In this document: piece by piece, positions 28,718 through 38,450 of the stretch | How positions within the stretch are numbered: the stretch's first letter is position 1 | Layout of the letters: each line of letters starts with the position of its first letter | Assembly: GCA_043821365.1 (NCBI GenBank) | Contig: JBDRCX010000006.1 | Span: 384,001 to 448,000, forward strand | Origin: Candidatus Micrarchaeota archaeon | GTDB lineage: Archaea; Micrarchaeota; Micrarchaeia; Anstonellales; Bilamarchaeaceae | Reading direction: 5' to 3' | Length of the DNA stretch: 64,000 nucleotides | Program-made: the position numbers and the translations under genes | The notes under the pieces: generated by a model | The model's database searches: none | What the model saw: the letters and a program-made list of their open reading frames with translations, nothing else | What the model was told of the DNA's origin: nothing

Positions 28718-30151
28718 TTATGCTCCGGATTTAAAATCCAGCGTATGTAATCGAACTTGTTTCATTTCATATACTGGAACTAGGGCAGGGGTTGGTACAT
28801 GCCCCTGTTTTATCTGAAAATCTGTTCTATCCTGGAATGTCCCTGAATTTATAACTAATGTTCCTCTGTATTGGGTGTACCCGTTCTTATGGACATGGCC
28901 GCAATGGAAAACGTCAGGGGGGTCGTCTATTATCATATAATCGTTGTCTTCGGGAATTATCAAATTCCCGCCGTAAATCGGTGATAAATGTCTTCTTTTT
29001 AGATATTCAACCATTACTTTTTCAGGATGAGTATATGTCGTCTGTGGAATATTTGCTATCATGGAGTCTATTGAGGTTCCGTGATACATAAGGTGTTTTA
29101 TTCCTTCCACATTGAAGCATGATGGGTTACCAACTCGTGTTACATTTGATGTCACATACTCCTTGCTTATTGCTGGTTGTGGTTCTCCTCTTCTTACTGC
29201 ATCATGATTTCCTGGACCAACTATAACTTCAATGTAATCAGGCAAATTTTCGATAAAATCATCAAACATCTTATATTGTTGGAATACGTCCTTTACAATA
29301 AGTTCATTTTCTTGGTTTGGATAAATTCCAATCCCATCAACAATATCGCCTGCAATTGCAAGGTATTTCACTTTTCCTGCAAGTTCTTTTGCCTCTCCTT
29401 TTCCATGAAGCCAGTCAACAAAGACATTCAAATATTTATCGAGGAAATATCTACTTCCAAAATGTATATCTGATAGATATGCTATTGCAACATCATTCTC
29501 TACTTTTTTCTTCTCTCTTATAACTGGCAAGTCTGGCCATTCTATATCCTCTGCAATAAGGTATGGTTCAAGTACTTTTCCAGTTATTGCTATAATATCG
29601 TCTAATATCACAGACTTGGCCTTTCCCATGACTTTTTCATTGAATTTTGATGATGAGATGACAACCTTAAACGTTCCGCTCAGATCCTCAATTTCAAACA
29701 ATAAATTGCCTTTTTTCGTTTCTCTTTTATTACTTATAAAAACAATTACCCGTACGCGTTCATTAAGATGTTTTTTTATATCTGCAAGATCTGCTGTGGG
29801 TACTGAATTACTTCGTCTAAGCATTTTTGAAATCCTTTCAAATCTGTTTCTGAAGTGTGCTATAAAATTATCAACTTCGCCTTTTGTTCTTGATTTTCCT
29901 GTTACGTCTAATGAGTGGTTTATTTTTACGTCTGAAGAATATTCTTTTGCAACTGGTGAAAACTCCGCCTTTCTTATGACTTCAACTTGCGATTCTTTCT
30001 TTGGTTTAATTAGTTCTTCTATGTCTTCTTTTGAAACAAATGGTTTACCCAATCCAATTATCTTCTTTAATAATTCATCCGATGAATTGGCTTTCAAAAA
30101 ATTTTCTGCATCGACAGTAAGTCTGATTCCTTTTCCAACTAATTCATCCAT
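28718..30151 (-). CDS. polD1: DNA polymerase D small (proofreading) subunit DP1
   Basis: OB fold plus calcineurin-like motifs SDIH, AGDIVDG, PGNHD, YHG, GHVH. Confidence 0.93.
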   Translation of the reverse strand: MDELVGKGIRLTVDAENFLKANSSDELLKKIIGLGKPFVSKEDIEELIKPKKESQVEVIRKAEFSPVAKEYSSDVKINHSLDVTGKSRTKGEVDNFIAHFRNRFERISKMLRRSNSVPTADLADIKKHLNERVRVIVFISNKRETKKGNLLFEIEDLSGTFKVVISSSKFNEKVMGKAKSVILDDIIAITGKVLEPYLIAEDIEWPDLPVIREKKKVENDVAIAYLSDIHFGSRYFLDKYLNVFVDWLHGKGEAKELAGKVKYLAIAGDIVDGIGIYPNQENELIVKDVFQQYKMFDDFIENLPDYIEVIVGPGNHDAVRRGEPQPAISKEYVTSNVTRVGNPSCFNVEGIKHLMYHGTSIDSMIANIPQTTYTHPEKVMVEYLKRRHLSPIYGGNLIIPEDNDYMIIDDPPDVFHCGHVHKNGYTQYRGTLVINSGTFQDRTDFQIKQGHVPTPALVPVYEMKQVRLHTLDFKSGA

Positions 30152-30158
30152 TTACCCA

Positions 30159-30404
30159 CTAACGTTCATTGTGGCTTTCTAGAGCACTGATAACTGCCCA
30201 TATCTGAGTCCTAGCATGGGCTGGCATGTTTATGTCCTCAGTTATTCCCTCGATAATGTAGATCGCAGCACTGATTTTCACGCTTTTTTCTTCTTCACTA
30301 TCAAGACGTGCTTTTGCTTCAGTTAATGCTCTTCTTATATTCTTTGGAATTCCGGTATCATTAGCTAGTTCGCCTACCATCCCACTTATTTCTTCTAACT
30401 CCAT
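30159..30404 (-). CDS. UPF0147 family protein
   Basis: DTGIPKNIRRA...DINMPAHARTQIWAVISALES. Confidence 0.85.
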   Translation of the reverse strand: MELEEISGMVGELANDTGIPKNIRRALTEAKARLDSEEEKSVKISAAIYIIEGITEDINMPAHARTQIWAVISALESHNER

Positions 30405-30501
30405 AACATCACCTGGAAGGCATAAATATTTGCCAAAATTGGTAATAGGAGATTTAATTGCAAAAGTAATTTAAATTAGCCCTTAAATATGGATAAAAAA
30501 T

Positions 30502-30790
30502 TGGGCCTGCTGAGAGCCGCATGATTTCAAGTCTAAACCAGAAATCATTTTGAATACCTGTGCGACTTTTTAGGAAAAAGTCGCCCAAAAACGTGCTTGC
30601 TAATTTTCGCAAAGCGAAAATGGTTTACACCGAAAATCCGAAAGGATTTTCAAACAACCAATTTTTGGGCGCTTTTTTTTCAAAAAGCGCACCTCAGGAC
30701 CTACGGCTTTCATAGGTACTCGCCAGTCTTATACTGTGCTAGAACGTGCCATATAAGACCGTCGCTCTAACCTGGCTGAGCTACAGGCCC
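30502..30790 (-). tRNA. tRNA-Ile(UAU) with three introns (37/38: 30709-30751; 53/54: 30555-30692; 59/60: 30516-30548)
   Basis: Splicing gives a 75-nt cloverleaf: GGGCCTG/CAGGCCC acceptor stem, A73, anticodon TAT at 30755-30753, CTGAG/CTCAG T-stem. All three junctions are BHB-like. Confidence 0.88.
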
Positions 30791-30835
30791 AATAGGATAT
30801 GGTGTGTTGCTCAACTTTTTTAAATGAAAGCGAAA

Positions 30836-31681
30836 TTATATTGCAACCAGTACGACGCCCAGAATTAGCAAAAAGAGCGCAGAAATTTTCAAAACCAAGC
30901 TTTTTCTGTCTATTTCCTCCTTCAAAAGTTTTGGATTTAGTTTAGTTATTAATGTAGCTCCTAAGAATACAAATAATGCCTGGGTTGTGGTGAAAGCAGT
31001 AACCAACGAAACAAAAGCAATGCTACATGCAACTATGTAGAGATATGATGCAACATCTGATAATAATCCAGTTCCAATTGCAAATGTTGTAAGTTTTTTG
31101 GATATGAAATCTATTTTTTTACGCCATATAAAGAAAAGAACAATCAAAATTGGTATTGCTGCCATTCTCACCCAAAAAAGTACGGTTATTGAATCTGCTT
31201 CTGAAAGTGCCATCTTTGCTCCAACATCACTAAATGCAAAAAGAATACTTGATGCTAGGACAATAACTGCTTCTTTTCTGAAAACACTTCCCTGAAAAGA
31301 AAGCAATATTGCACCCAGAACAGAAACTAAAATTCCAAAATACTGTACTGTAGTTAAGATTTCACCAAGCATAATAGCTGAAACTATTGCAGTGAATATG
31401 GGATTGGTTAAAAGAAGTGCTGATGTTTTTGACACCTCACTTTCACTCAGACCACTAAAATATGCATAGTAAGCACCATACCAAAAAATACCAGAAATTA
31501 ATGCAATTGCTGAAAATGAAACTGGAAATATGGGATAAATTATAGCAACAGTAATAATGCTACTTATGAGCATTCCTATCATTGTTGTTTGTTTATTGAT
31601 TTTGAAAAGAGTATATTTGCTGATGAGATTTCCAGTTGCCCATAGGAAAGCAGCACCTATGGCAAGCAATGCCCAAATCAT
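30836..31681 (-). CDS. EamA/DMT family transporter
   Basis: Duplicated five-TM architecture; NPIFTAIVSAIMLGE motif. Confidence 0.85.
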   Translation of the reverse strand: MIWALLAIGAAFLWATGNLISKYTLFKINKQTTMIGMLISSIITVAIIYPIFPVSFSAIALISGIFWYGAYYAYFSGLSESEVSKTSALLLTNPIFTAIVSAIMLGEILTTVQYFGILVSVLGAILLSFQGSVFRKEAVIVLASSILFAFSDVGAKMALSEADSITVLFWVRMAAIPILIVLFFIWRKKIDFISKKLTTFAIGTGLLSDVASYLYIVACSIAFVSLVTAFTTTQALFVFLGATLITKLNPKLLKEEIDRKSLVLKISALFLLILGVVLVAI

Positions 31682-31732
31682 AGGTTAGTATATCATCGAA
31701 ACCGTAATAAAGCGGTTTGGAGAATATTATTT

Positions 31733-32569
31733 ATGTACAAATCTCTTACTGGTAAAGAACCTGCAGCTAGCATACTGGAAGATGCTCAAAATTCTCTTAT
31801 AAAATTAGGAAAAAAACCAGTACTTGCAATTGTTTTAGCAGGAAATGATCCTGCATCTGAAGTCTATGTAAAAAAGAAAATAGATCGGGCAGCTGCTATT
31901 GGCATTGAAACAAGATTGGAACGTCTTCCTGATAATGTAAGTGAAAAAGAATTACTTGATCTTGTAAAAAGACTCAATACAGACAATTCTGTGGATGGTT
32001 TTATTGTACAGTTTCCAATTCCAAAACACATAAATTATTATGATGTTGTGGAAGCAATTGATCCAAAAAAGGATGTTGATGGGTGGACATCTACGAATAT
32101 TGGACAAATGTTTCTTGGTTTTAAGGAACCATTTATGCCAGCAACACCAATGGGAGTAATAAAAATGCTTGAATTTTATGGTGTTGATTTTGTTGGCAAA
32201 AACGTCACTGTTATAGGAAGGGGGAATGTTGTTGGGAAACCTTTGGCATTTTTGCTTCTTGCCAGGCATGCAACTGTGACTATATGTCATTCAAAGACAA
32301 AAAATCTTTCAGAACACACAAAAAATGCAGATATATTAATTTCAGCAGCAGGAGCACCTGGTTTGGTAAAAGCAGATATGGTGAAAGAAGGTGCATACGT
32401 TATTGATGTTGGGACCACCAAAGTTGGCGACAAGATAAAAGGGGATGTTGATTATGAAAATGTTATCAGGAAAGCCAATTGTTCACCAGTTCCACATGGT
32501 GTTGGTCCAATGACTGTTGCAATGCTTCTTCACAATACAGTAAAAGCTGCCAAATCAAAATTTTTGTAA
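31733..32569 (+). CDS. folD: Methylenetetrahydrofolate dehydrogenase/cyclohydrolase
   Basis: ASEVYVKKK, KDVDG, PATPMG, GRGNVVGKP, VPHGVGPMTVAML. Confidence 0.95.
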   Translation: MYKSLTGKEPAASILEDAQNSLIKLGKKPVLAIVLAGNDPASEVYVKKKIDRAAAIGIETRLERLPDNVSEKELLDLVKRLNTDNSVDGFIVQFPIPKHINYYDVVEAIDPKKDVDGWTSTNIGQMFLGFKEPFMPATPMGVIKMLEFYGVDFVGKNVTVIGRGNVVGKPLAFLLLARHATVTICHSKTKNLSEHTKNADILISAAGAPGLVKADMVKEGAYVIDVGTTKVGDKIKGDVDYENVIRKANCSPVPHGVGPMTVAMLLHNTVKAAKSKFL

Positions 32570-33028
32570 TACTTCTTCTAGTTTCTTTAGTGCATCTGGT
32601 TTTCTCTCTTCCTTAGATATTCTTAGCAGAACTTTACTTTCCTCTCCATCTAAGTTGACGAACCAAACCTCAGCAGAACCATCTCTGAAATTTTCACTTA
32701 TTCTGGTGGGCAATTCAAAGAAACCCGAATTCTTTATGGTCTCCTTTATTTTATCTAATTGAGTTTTGTTGATTTTTCTTATCTTTGTCCATTGGCCTGA
32801 TTCATTTTGATGTCCTTCGTTTGCCATCGTCCAAATTTCTCCGTTCAATCTAATCAATGTGCCTCGTTGGTAGATTGGCCAACCATGTACCTCATGTCTA
32901 ATTAATACACTTCCCTCTGGAACTTGCGTACTGCTTTCAGTAAAACGAAAACCTCCAATCTCTAAATGCTCCCCTTCTGAATGTCTTTTGAATTTCTCCT
33001 CCCTACTCTCATGTTTTATTTTAGACAT
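32555..33028 (-). CDS. Hypothetical protein (weak emfourin/DUF6438-like resemblance)
   Basis: 157-aa ORF with an AGGTGTG RBS; contains IKNSGFFELP...RDG...V. Confidence 0.55.
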   Translation of the reverse strand: MSKIKHESREEKFKRHSEGEHLEIGGFRFTESSTQVPEGSVLIRHEVHGWPIYQRGTLIRLNGEIWTMANEGHQNESGQWTKIRKINKTQLDKIKETIKNSGFFELPTRISENFRDGSAEVWFVNLDGEESKVLLRISKEERKPDALKKLEEVLQKF

Positions 33029-33085
33029 ATAGTATCACACCTGTAGGGTATTGCAGCGTCCATAATTAATCCTAGTAGGTATGCA

Positions 33086-33847
33086 TTATGCAGGAGGATA
33101 AAGTCTATTTAGTTCGCCACTGTATCTTTTCAGTAATTTATGTGTTCCCGAACCATACTGCATTGCTTTTTTTCGTCTCATTACTGCACATGCGGGAACC
33201 CCAAGCATCCTGGCAGCTTCTCTAAGGATTCCTTTTTTCAATTCACGTTCATGCATTCTTTCTTCAAGAGGTATTGAGAACATGAATTTTGCAAGTTCTT
33301 TGTTGTAAAATGGAAATCTTGCATCAATACCAAATTTTCTGCAAATTTTTTTTGTCCATGTTATCTCTCTTTGCGGTAATGTTTTGTACTCTTCTTTAAG
33401 CAAGGCTTCAAGATCGTTGCCTTCATCAAGATATTTGTAATATCTTTCATACCCGACAAAAAGCTCCTCTGCCGCAGTTCCAAATAACAAAACGTTATGG
33501 CCTTTTTTTGCAGCTTCTTCAGCTACACAATAAACAGGAACCAGTATGCCCAATCTCAAGAAGTCGAGTTTTAGCATTTCATAGCATTTACCATATGCTT
33601 GCATTACCATTTTTTTATCGATTATAATGGCGTTCAAAGTCATTTCCATTTCCTTTGCTGCTGACCGTGATGATTCCACATCATCACTGTTTGCAACTCC
33701 TGCTGTGAAAAGTTCTATCTGAGAATGTTTTTTTGCAACACTTGCAATTATTGTTGAATCAAGTCCACCTGAAAAAGAAATGGCTGTGCGATCTTCGAGG
33801 CTTTCTTCTATTGCACGGCTAAGTAATTCTGTTAATTCAGGAATCAT
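33086..33847 (-). CDS. Asparagine synthase C-terminal-domain protein (PP-loop ATPase, no glutaminase domain)
   Basis: SFSGGLDST, GTAAEELFVGY, RFPFYN, KGILREAA, KKAMQYGSG. Confidence 0.8.
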   Translation of the reverse strand: MIPELTELLSRAIEESLEDRTAISFSGGLDSTIIASVAKKHSQIELFTAGVANSDDVESSRSAAKEMEMTLNAIIIDKKMVMQAYGKCYEMLKLDFLRLGILVPVYCVAEEAAKKGHNVLLFGTAAEELFVGYERYYKYLDEGNDLEALLKEEYKTLPQREITWTKKICRKFGIDARFPFYNKELAKFMFSIPLEERMHERELKKGILREAARMLGVPACAVMRRKKAMQYGSGTHKLLKRYSGELNRLYPPA

Positions 33848-33903
33848 AGGATGGAATTTAGTAGTTGGGATTATAAAATATATCTTAATATTTTTAGAAA
33901 AAA

Positions 33904-34044
33904 CGGGCCCGGTGAGATTTGAACTCACGACCTTCGCCTCTCATCTCTTTGGCAAAAAAACCACATTGCCAAAAATTAGGAGAGCGTCACTCTATCCAAA
34001 GTACTCGCGCTTTTTACTAAAAAAGCGCACTGAGCTACGAGCCC
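33904..34044 (-). tRNA. tRNA-Arg(CCU) with two introns (15/16: 34001-34029; 37/38: 33940-33976)
   Basis: Splicing gives a 75-nt cloverleaf with anticodon CCT at 33980-33978, A20, G73 and GTGAG-TTCAAAT-CTCAC T-arm. There is one A27-A43 mismatch. Confidence 0.92.
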
Positions 34045-34045
34045 A

Positions 34046-35086
34046 TCAATCCTTTATTTTCTTCCTGAATTTAATATAGGTTGCATAATCAATGTACTTT
34101 TTGTTATTAATGTAATCCTTTGTTTTCGGAGCTTTGTCTCTTACTTCATCAATTTTGTCAGTGACCATGATGGCAAACGAATCGCTTCCTGCCCCTGACC
34201 CATATGAAGTAACTAAAATTCTATCTCCTGGTTTTGCTTCATCCAAAACAGCAGAAAGACCTAGCATTGACGCTCCTGAATAAGTATTGCCAATTAAAGG
34301 CGTAAGCAATCCAGTCTTCAATTTTTCTATTGGGATGTCAAATCTTTTCCCTGCTTCAAGTGGAAATCTTCCGTTTGGCTGGTGAAACACTACATGATCA
34401 TAATCTGTCATCTTTGTTCCTGTTTTTTCTAGAAGTCCGTTTGTCGCAGCAATAACATGCTTGAAATAAGCTGGTTTCCCAGTAAATCTTCCACCATGAG
34501 TTGGATAATCTGCGTGTTGTCTTCTCCAGAAATCTGGTGTATCAGTTGTAAATGAAAAAGTTGATTCTATTATGGCAACTGACTCTTTTTTTGGACCAAC
34601 AATAAATGCAGCACCGCCAGAAGCTGCAGAATATTCCAAAGCATCTCCTGGTCTTCCCTGTGCAGTATCAGCTCCTATTGCCATACCATATTGTATCATT
34701 TCAGAGTCTACCATTCCACATACTATCTGCAATCCAGCAGTTCCTGCTTTACATGCAAATTCAAGGTCTGCAGTTGTAAGATTAGGTGTTGCTCCGATGG
34801 CTTCAGCAACAATGGTACCAGTTGGTTTTACTGCATATGGATGCGATTCGCTTCCAACATACAATGCACCTAATTTTTTTGGTTCTATTTCAGCTCGTAA
34901 TATTGCATTTCTTGCAGCTTCAACTGATATTGTTGTGGTGTCCTCATCAACACCTCCAACTGCTTTTTCAATAATTCCAAGGCCCTTTTCTATTCTATTA
35001 GTTTCTTCTCCCCATACCTTTGCTATATCCCCACTTTTAATTCTGTAAACTGGAATATAAGAACCATATCCAACAATGCCTGCCAT
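34046..35086 (-). CDS. hmgS: Archaeal hydroxymethylglutaryl-CoA synthase
   Basis: [19 protein letters not shown] catalytic Cys, [22 protein letters not shown]. Confidence 0.93.
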   Translation of the reverse strand: MAGIVGYGSYIPVYRIKSGDIAKVWGEETNRIEKGLGIIEKAVGGVDEDTTTISVEAARNAILRAEIEPKKLGALYVGSESHPYAVKPTGTIVAEAIGATPNLTTADLEFACKAGTAGLQIVCGMVDSEMIQYGMAIGADTAQGRPGDALEYSAASGGAAFIVGPKKESVAIIESTFSFTTDTPDFWRRQHADYPTHGGRFTGKPAYFKHVIAATNGLLEKTGTKMTDYDHVVFHQPNGRFPLEAGKRFDIPIEKLKTGLLTPLIGNTYSGASMLGLSAVLDEAKPGDRILVTSYGSGAGSDSFAIMVTDKIDEVRDKAPKTKDYINNKKYIDYATYIKFRKKIKD

Positions 35087-35115
35087 GAATTTTCACCTCT
35101 AATTAGTATGTTTTT

Positions 35116-35850
35116 TTATTTTTTAACGCTTCTCTTTTTTTTCGTTTCAGTTGGCTTTCTCTTTTTCGATGAAATCATAAATAAATATGCAACTACTAAT
35201 AACACTATAATACCAAGAATAGCAATCAAATACCCATAGTTAATTTCCTTACTCACAACTACAACTGGTTGCGATCCTTTCATAGCCTCTACAACATCAA
35301 AAGTGACTGTTGACCCTTGGGCAGTTCCTATTGAGGCACTGTCTATCTCTGATGGCATTTCAACTGTGTATGTAATATTAACTTTAAGGACTTCAAGTGT
35401 TGTAACTAAATTTTGGTTAGTTTCTTGATCTCTTAGATTGATTGGATTTGGATTATCATTACTTGCATTTGCCTCTCCAATTGCTACTAATATTGATTCT
35501 AATTTTTGACTAAATACGTTTGTTGGTATCCTCTCTATCTCCAAAATATATGTCGTGTGGGGCACTCCATAATCAGCAGAAAATCCATAATAAATTCCAG
35601 AAGAAAATTTTTCAGTTATTGTGACTGTTTTTTTGTCAACATCAACACTACAATCAATATCCATAGTGTTATCACAATATTGTTTCATATTAGTAAATGC
35701 ATTTTTGCTTAATTGCCCTGAAAAAATAGATATGTCCATTGTTTTCTCGATTGTTGCAGCTCCATTTCTGTTCATATCATGTGTATAACTCTGATCAAAA
35801 GAAGCAAATACAATGGAAAAAATCATTAAAGCAAAAATCAATCTTTTCAT
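35116..35850 (-). CDS. Hypothetical exported protein with a C-terminal TM anchor and basic tail
   Basis: MKRLIFALMIFSIVFA signal; C-terminal TM helix followed by a K/R-rich tail. Confidence 0.6.
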   Translation of the reverse strand: MKRLIFALMIFSIVFASFDQSYTHDMNRNGAATIEKTMDISIFSGQLSKNAFTNMKQYCDNTMDIDCSVDVDKKTVTITEKFSSGIYYGFSADYGVPHTTYILEIERIPTNVFSQKLESILVAIGEANASNDNPNPINLRDQETNQNLVTTLEVLKVNITYTVEMPSEIDSASIGTAQGSTVTFDVVEAMKGSQPVVVVSKEINYGYLIAILGIIVLLVVAYLFMISSKKRKPTETKKKRSVKK

Positions 35851-35872
35851 GTTCCTAATTCTCCAAAAAGTT

Positions 35873-36772
35873 TTATAATTGCCCCCTTAATTCATTTATT
35901 ATCTCTTTTATCCCATTTTCCAGTAATTTTGGCTTAAAACCAAGTTCTTTTTCTGCTTTTGAACAGTCGAAAACACGATCATACAATAAAACTCCGATGT
36001 GCTCTTTGCTTAGTGAAGGTGTTTTTCCAGTTAGTTTATACCAGATCTCGTTTATGGTTGCAATTAACATTGCATTTGAAGCTGAAATATTTTCTTTTGG
36101 AGGTTCCACATCTAAATTTTTTGCAGCAATTGTATAAATTTGTTTTTGTGTAAGCGGTTCGCCTGTAAGTAGGTATATACCGTTGCCCTTACATATGGTC
36201 TTTTTGAAAACTTCTGCAACATCATTCACATGGACAAATGGAATGTGGTTTTCCCCATTCCCAACTATTTTCATTTTCCTATTCTTAATCTTTGATAATA
36301 TTCTTTGATAATCTGCAAATTGCGGGCCATATAATGTTCCAATTCTAAGTATTACGTGGTCTTTGTGATTGGCAACAAGTTTTTCTGCTTCAAATTTTGT
36401 TTTTGAATAATCAGAGTCTGGATTTGGTTTAGTTTTTTCATTAGTAGGTTTTTCTGTCAATTCTTTTCCATAAACAGAAATCGAACTTGCAAATATTATT
36501 CTGCTTTTTTTCGGCGCCGCATTAACTAGTCTTCTAGTGAGTTCAACATTTCCTTCTTGCAGTTTTTTTCTATTGTAAGTTTCTACTGACCCTGCAAGAT
36601 GTATAATAACCTCAGCATCTTTTAATATTTTCTTTAACTGTCCTTCCGAAAAATCAGTAATTATTTCGTTTTTCAAGCCACTTGGAGCTAGAACAAGTGG
36701 AATGCCATCTACTTTTTGTAAAACTGATCTTCCCAGTCTACCGCTTGCTCCAGTTATGTATATCTTAACCAT
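35873..36772 (-). CDS. NAD-dependent epimerase/dehydratase (extended SDR)
   Basis: ITGASGRLG, SSISVYG, YSKTK, FVHVNDVA. Confidence 0.87.
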   Translation of the reverse strand: MVKIYITGASGRLGRSVLQKVDGIPLVLAPSGLKNEIITDFSEGQLKKILKDAEVIIHLAGSVETYNRKKLQEGNVELTRRLVNAAPKKSRIIFASSISVYGKELTEKPTNEKTKPNPDSDYSKTKFEAEKLVANHKDHVILRIGTLYGPQFADYQRILSKIKNRKMKIVGNGENHIPFVHVNDVAEVFKKTICKGNGIYLLTGEPLTQKQIYTIAAKNLDVEPPKENISASNAMLIATINEIWYKLTGKTPSLSKEHIGVLLYDRVFDCSKAEKELGFKPKLLENGIKEIINELRGQL

Positions 36773-38369
36773 ACTTCTTCGCTATCTCCTCTAATCTTTT
36801 ATCTATTCTTTTTTCTGCATCAAGTCGTTCAAATTCATAATCTTTCATATCCATAAATTTCATTCCTGATGATAAATTAGGATGCACTTTTTCAATTTCT
36901 TTAAACATTTTTTGGGCAATTTCACGATAATCTCTATGTCCCTGCATCGCGCTTCTTAATTCAAGTAAATGGTATGCTTCTCTAAGGTTTAAACTCATAT
37001 ACCATCGTATGTTATATGCAAGTGGAACAACATACTGGGCTTCTTTTGGGTATTTCTTTTCTATTTTTTCGTATGCATCTTTTGTTTTGTCCATAACTGC
37101 TCTGAATTCTTTTTCAAATCCAGCCTGAACAATTTCGTGTGGTATTTTATAGCCTAAATACGGTGTCAGTGGTTGTCTTTGTTGTGTTAAAATTCTGTGG
37201 CGATGAAGATCTCTGTAGGCACCATAATTCCCACAAATATCAAATGTATAAAATATATGTTCGAATGCTCTTCCTGGTCTGTGTCTACGATTTTGCCTTT
37301 CACCTACATATGTTTTAATGATTGCATTCTTTTCCTCATTTGTCATATTTTCTACTATTGTTTCGATTTCGTTCATTGGTTTTTGTAAATGAGGGTAAAG
37401 TATTGTTGTGATTGCTTTTTTCTCAGCATTTTTCTCATATTCAACTAATTCTACTCCTTCGCCACCGTTTGCACCAGCATATTTTTGCACCAGTGCATCA
37501 GTTTCGTTTCTAACTTTCTTAAGATAATCCTGCATCAAAATACCAAATTCACCATTAGATCGTTTTACAAATGATGGTATGATATTAGCAAGTTCACCCT
37601 GCATGGCGCTGGCAAGATCCCTTATCTCTGCCAAATCATCCCCAAACATTTTTGTTAGTAAATATTCGTATGCCCGTCCGTCACCAAAAAATCCCATATT
37701 TGTAAGTGTTGATGCAGGTAACAATCCTCTAAGCAAATCACATGTTTTAGCTCTTATTGTGGATTTGTATGCCCTATCTGATGTATCGTCTTCTTTTGGT
37801 GATCTTTTCATCACCCATTCGGATACTTTTGGGATAAGATCTGCATAAGTCTGGAAACAAAAATCACATGTTTCCTGATAAATTTCTGCAAACTCAGAAC
37901 CCATCAATGTTTTTTCGCGAAGATACATCCACTTACCATTTTTTTTCGTGTCAAAATAAACATACCTTGTTGATTTTTCCAAGGGGGAAAGCCCTATTCT
38001 AGCATCTTCAACTATTTTTGTCGCTATAATTGAGACATCTTCCAATGCAATGTGTGCTCCTGCCAATTCAGCAACAGAGTCATCACCATATCCAACTAAA
38101 ACTCTCTCATAAAATTCTTCTGCTTTTGCTGTTTGTACCGGAGTCTGTTGTTTTGGTGATATGTTTAATTTTTCTCTAAGTCCTATCTCAGGTGCAAGCA
38201 TGAATTCGTCAAGTAAAACTCTTCGTAAACTTTTTGTACTTCTGCTATATCTTGAAAATAAAGCCCCCTTGACTACTTCTGGTAGGTTTGTAAGTACGAA
38301 AACTGGTTTGTCTAGATTGCTTACGAATGGTTCAAGTAGTTTCTTCTCGTCATTTGAAAATTCGTCCAT
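36765..38369 (-). CDS. thyX: FAD-dependent thymidylate synthase, tandem two-domain type
   Basis: ALFSRYSRS, EKSTRYV, DLHRHR, ELRS...GHRDYR. Confidence 0.9.
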   Translation of the reverse strand: MDEFSNDEKKLLEPFVSNLDKPVFVLTNLPEVVKGALFSRYSRSTKSLRRVLLDEFMLAPEIGLREKLNISPKQQTPVQTAKAEEFYERVLVGYGDDSVAELAGAHIALEDVSIIATKIVEDARIGLSPLEKSTRYVYFDTKKNGKWMYLREKTLMGSEFAEIYQETCDFCFQTYADLIPKVSEWVMKRSPKEDDTSDRAYKSTIRAKTCDLLRGLLPASTLTNMGFFGDGRAYEYLLTKMFGDDLAEIRDLASAMQGELANIIPSFVKRSNGEFGILMQDYLKKVRNETDALVQKYAGANGGEGVELVEYEKNAEKKAITTILYPHLQKPMNEIETIVENMTNEEKNAIIKTYVGERQNRRHRPGRAFEHIFYTFDICGNYGAYRDLHRHRILTQQRQPLTPYLGYKIPHEIVQAGFEKEFRAVMDKTKDAYEKIEKKYPKEAQYVVPLAYNIRWYMSLNLREAYHLLELRSAMQGHRDYREIAQKMFKEIEKVHPNLSSGMKFMDMKDYEFERLDAEKRIDKRLEEIAKKYG

Positions 38370-38450
38370 AAGATTTTTCTTATTGAAAGGGTTTATATGG
38401 CTGATAGGTTGTCTTTTAAATTGTTTTAATTTAACTAATTCTGTGGTTTA

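Noticed and set aside
30724-30761. Treating CGGTC/GACTG as the true anticodon stem of the 30.5-30.8 kb tRNA (anticodon ATA)
   Set aside because: It leaves no valid variable/T-arm connection or BHB. ACGGT/GCCGT gives a standard 75-nt cloverleaf.
33848-33928. N-terminal extension of the asparagine-synthase-like ORF given in the track
   Set aside because: It overlaps the 3' end of tRNA-Arg(CCU). The ATG at 33847 gives a normal domain start.
16716-34100. Integrated element or prophage at any of the three tRNAs
   Set aside because: I found no integrase, no duplicated tRNA 3' end (att site) and no viral or transposase genes in the window.
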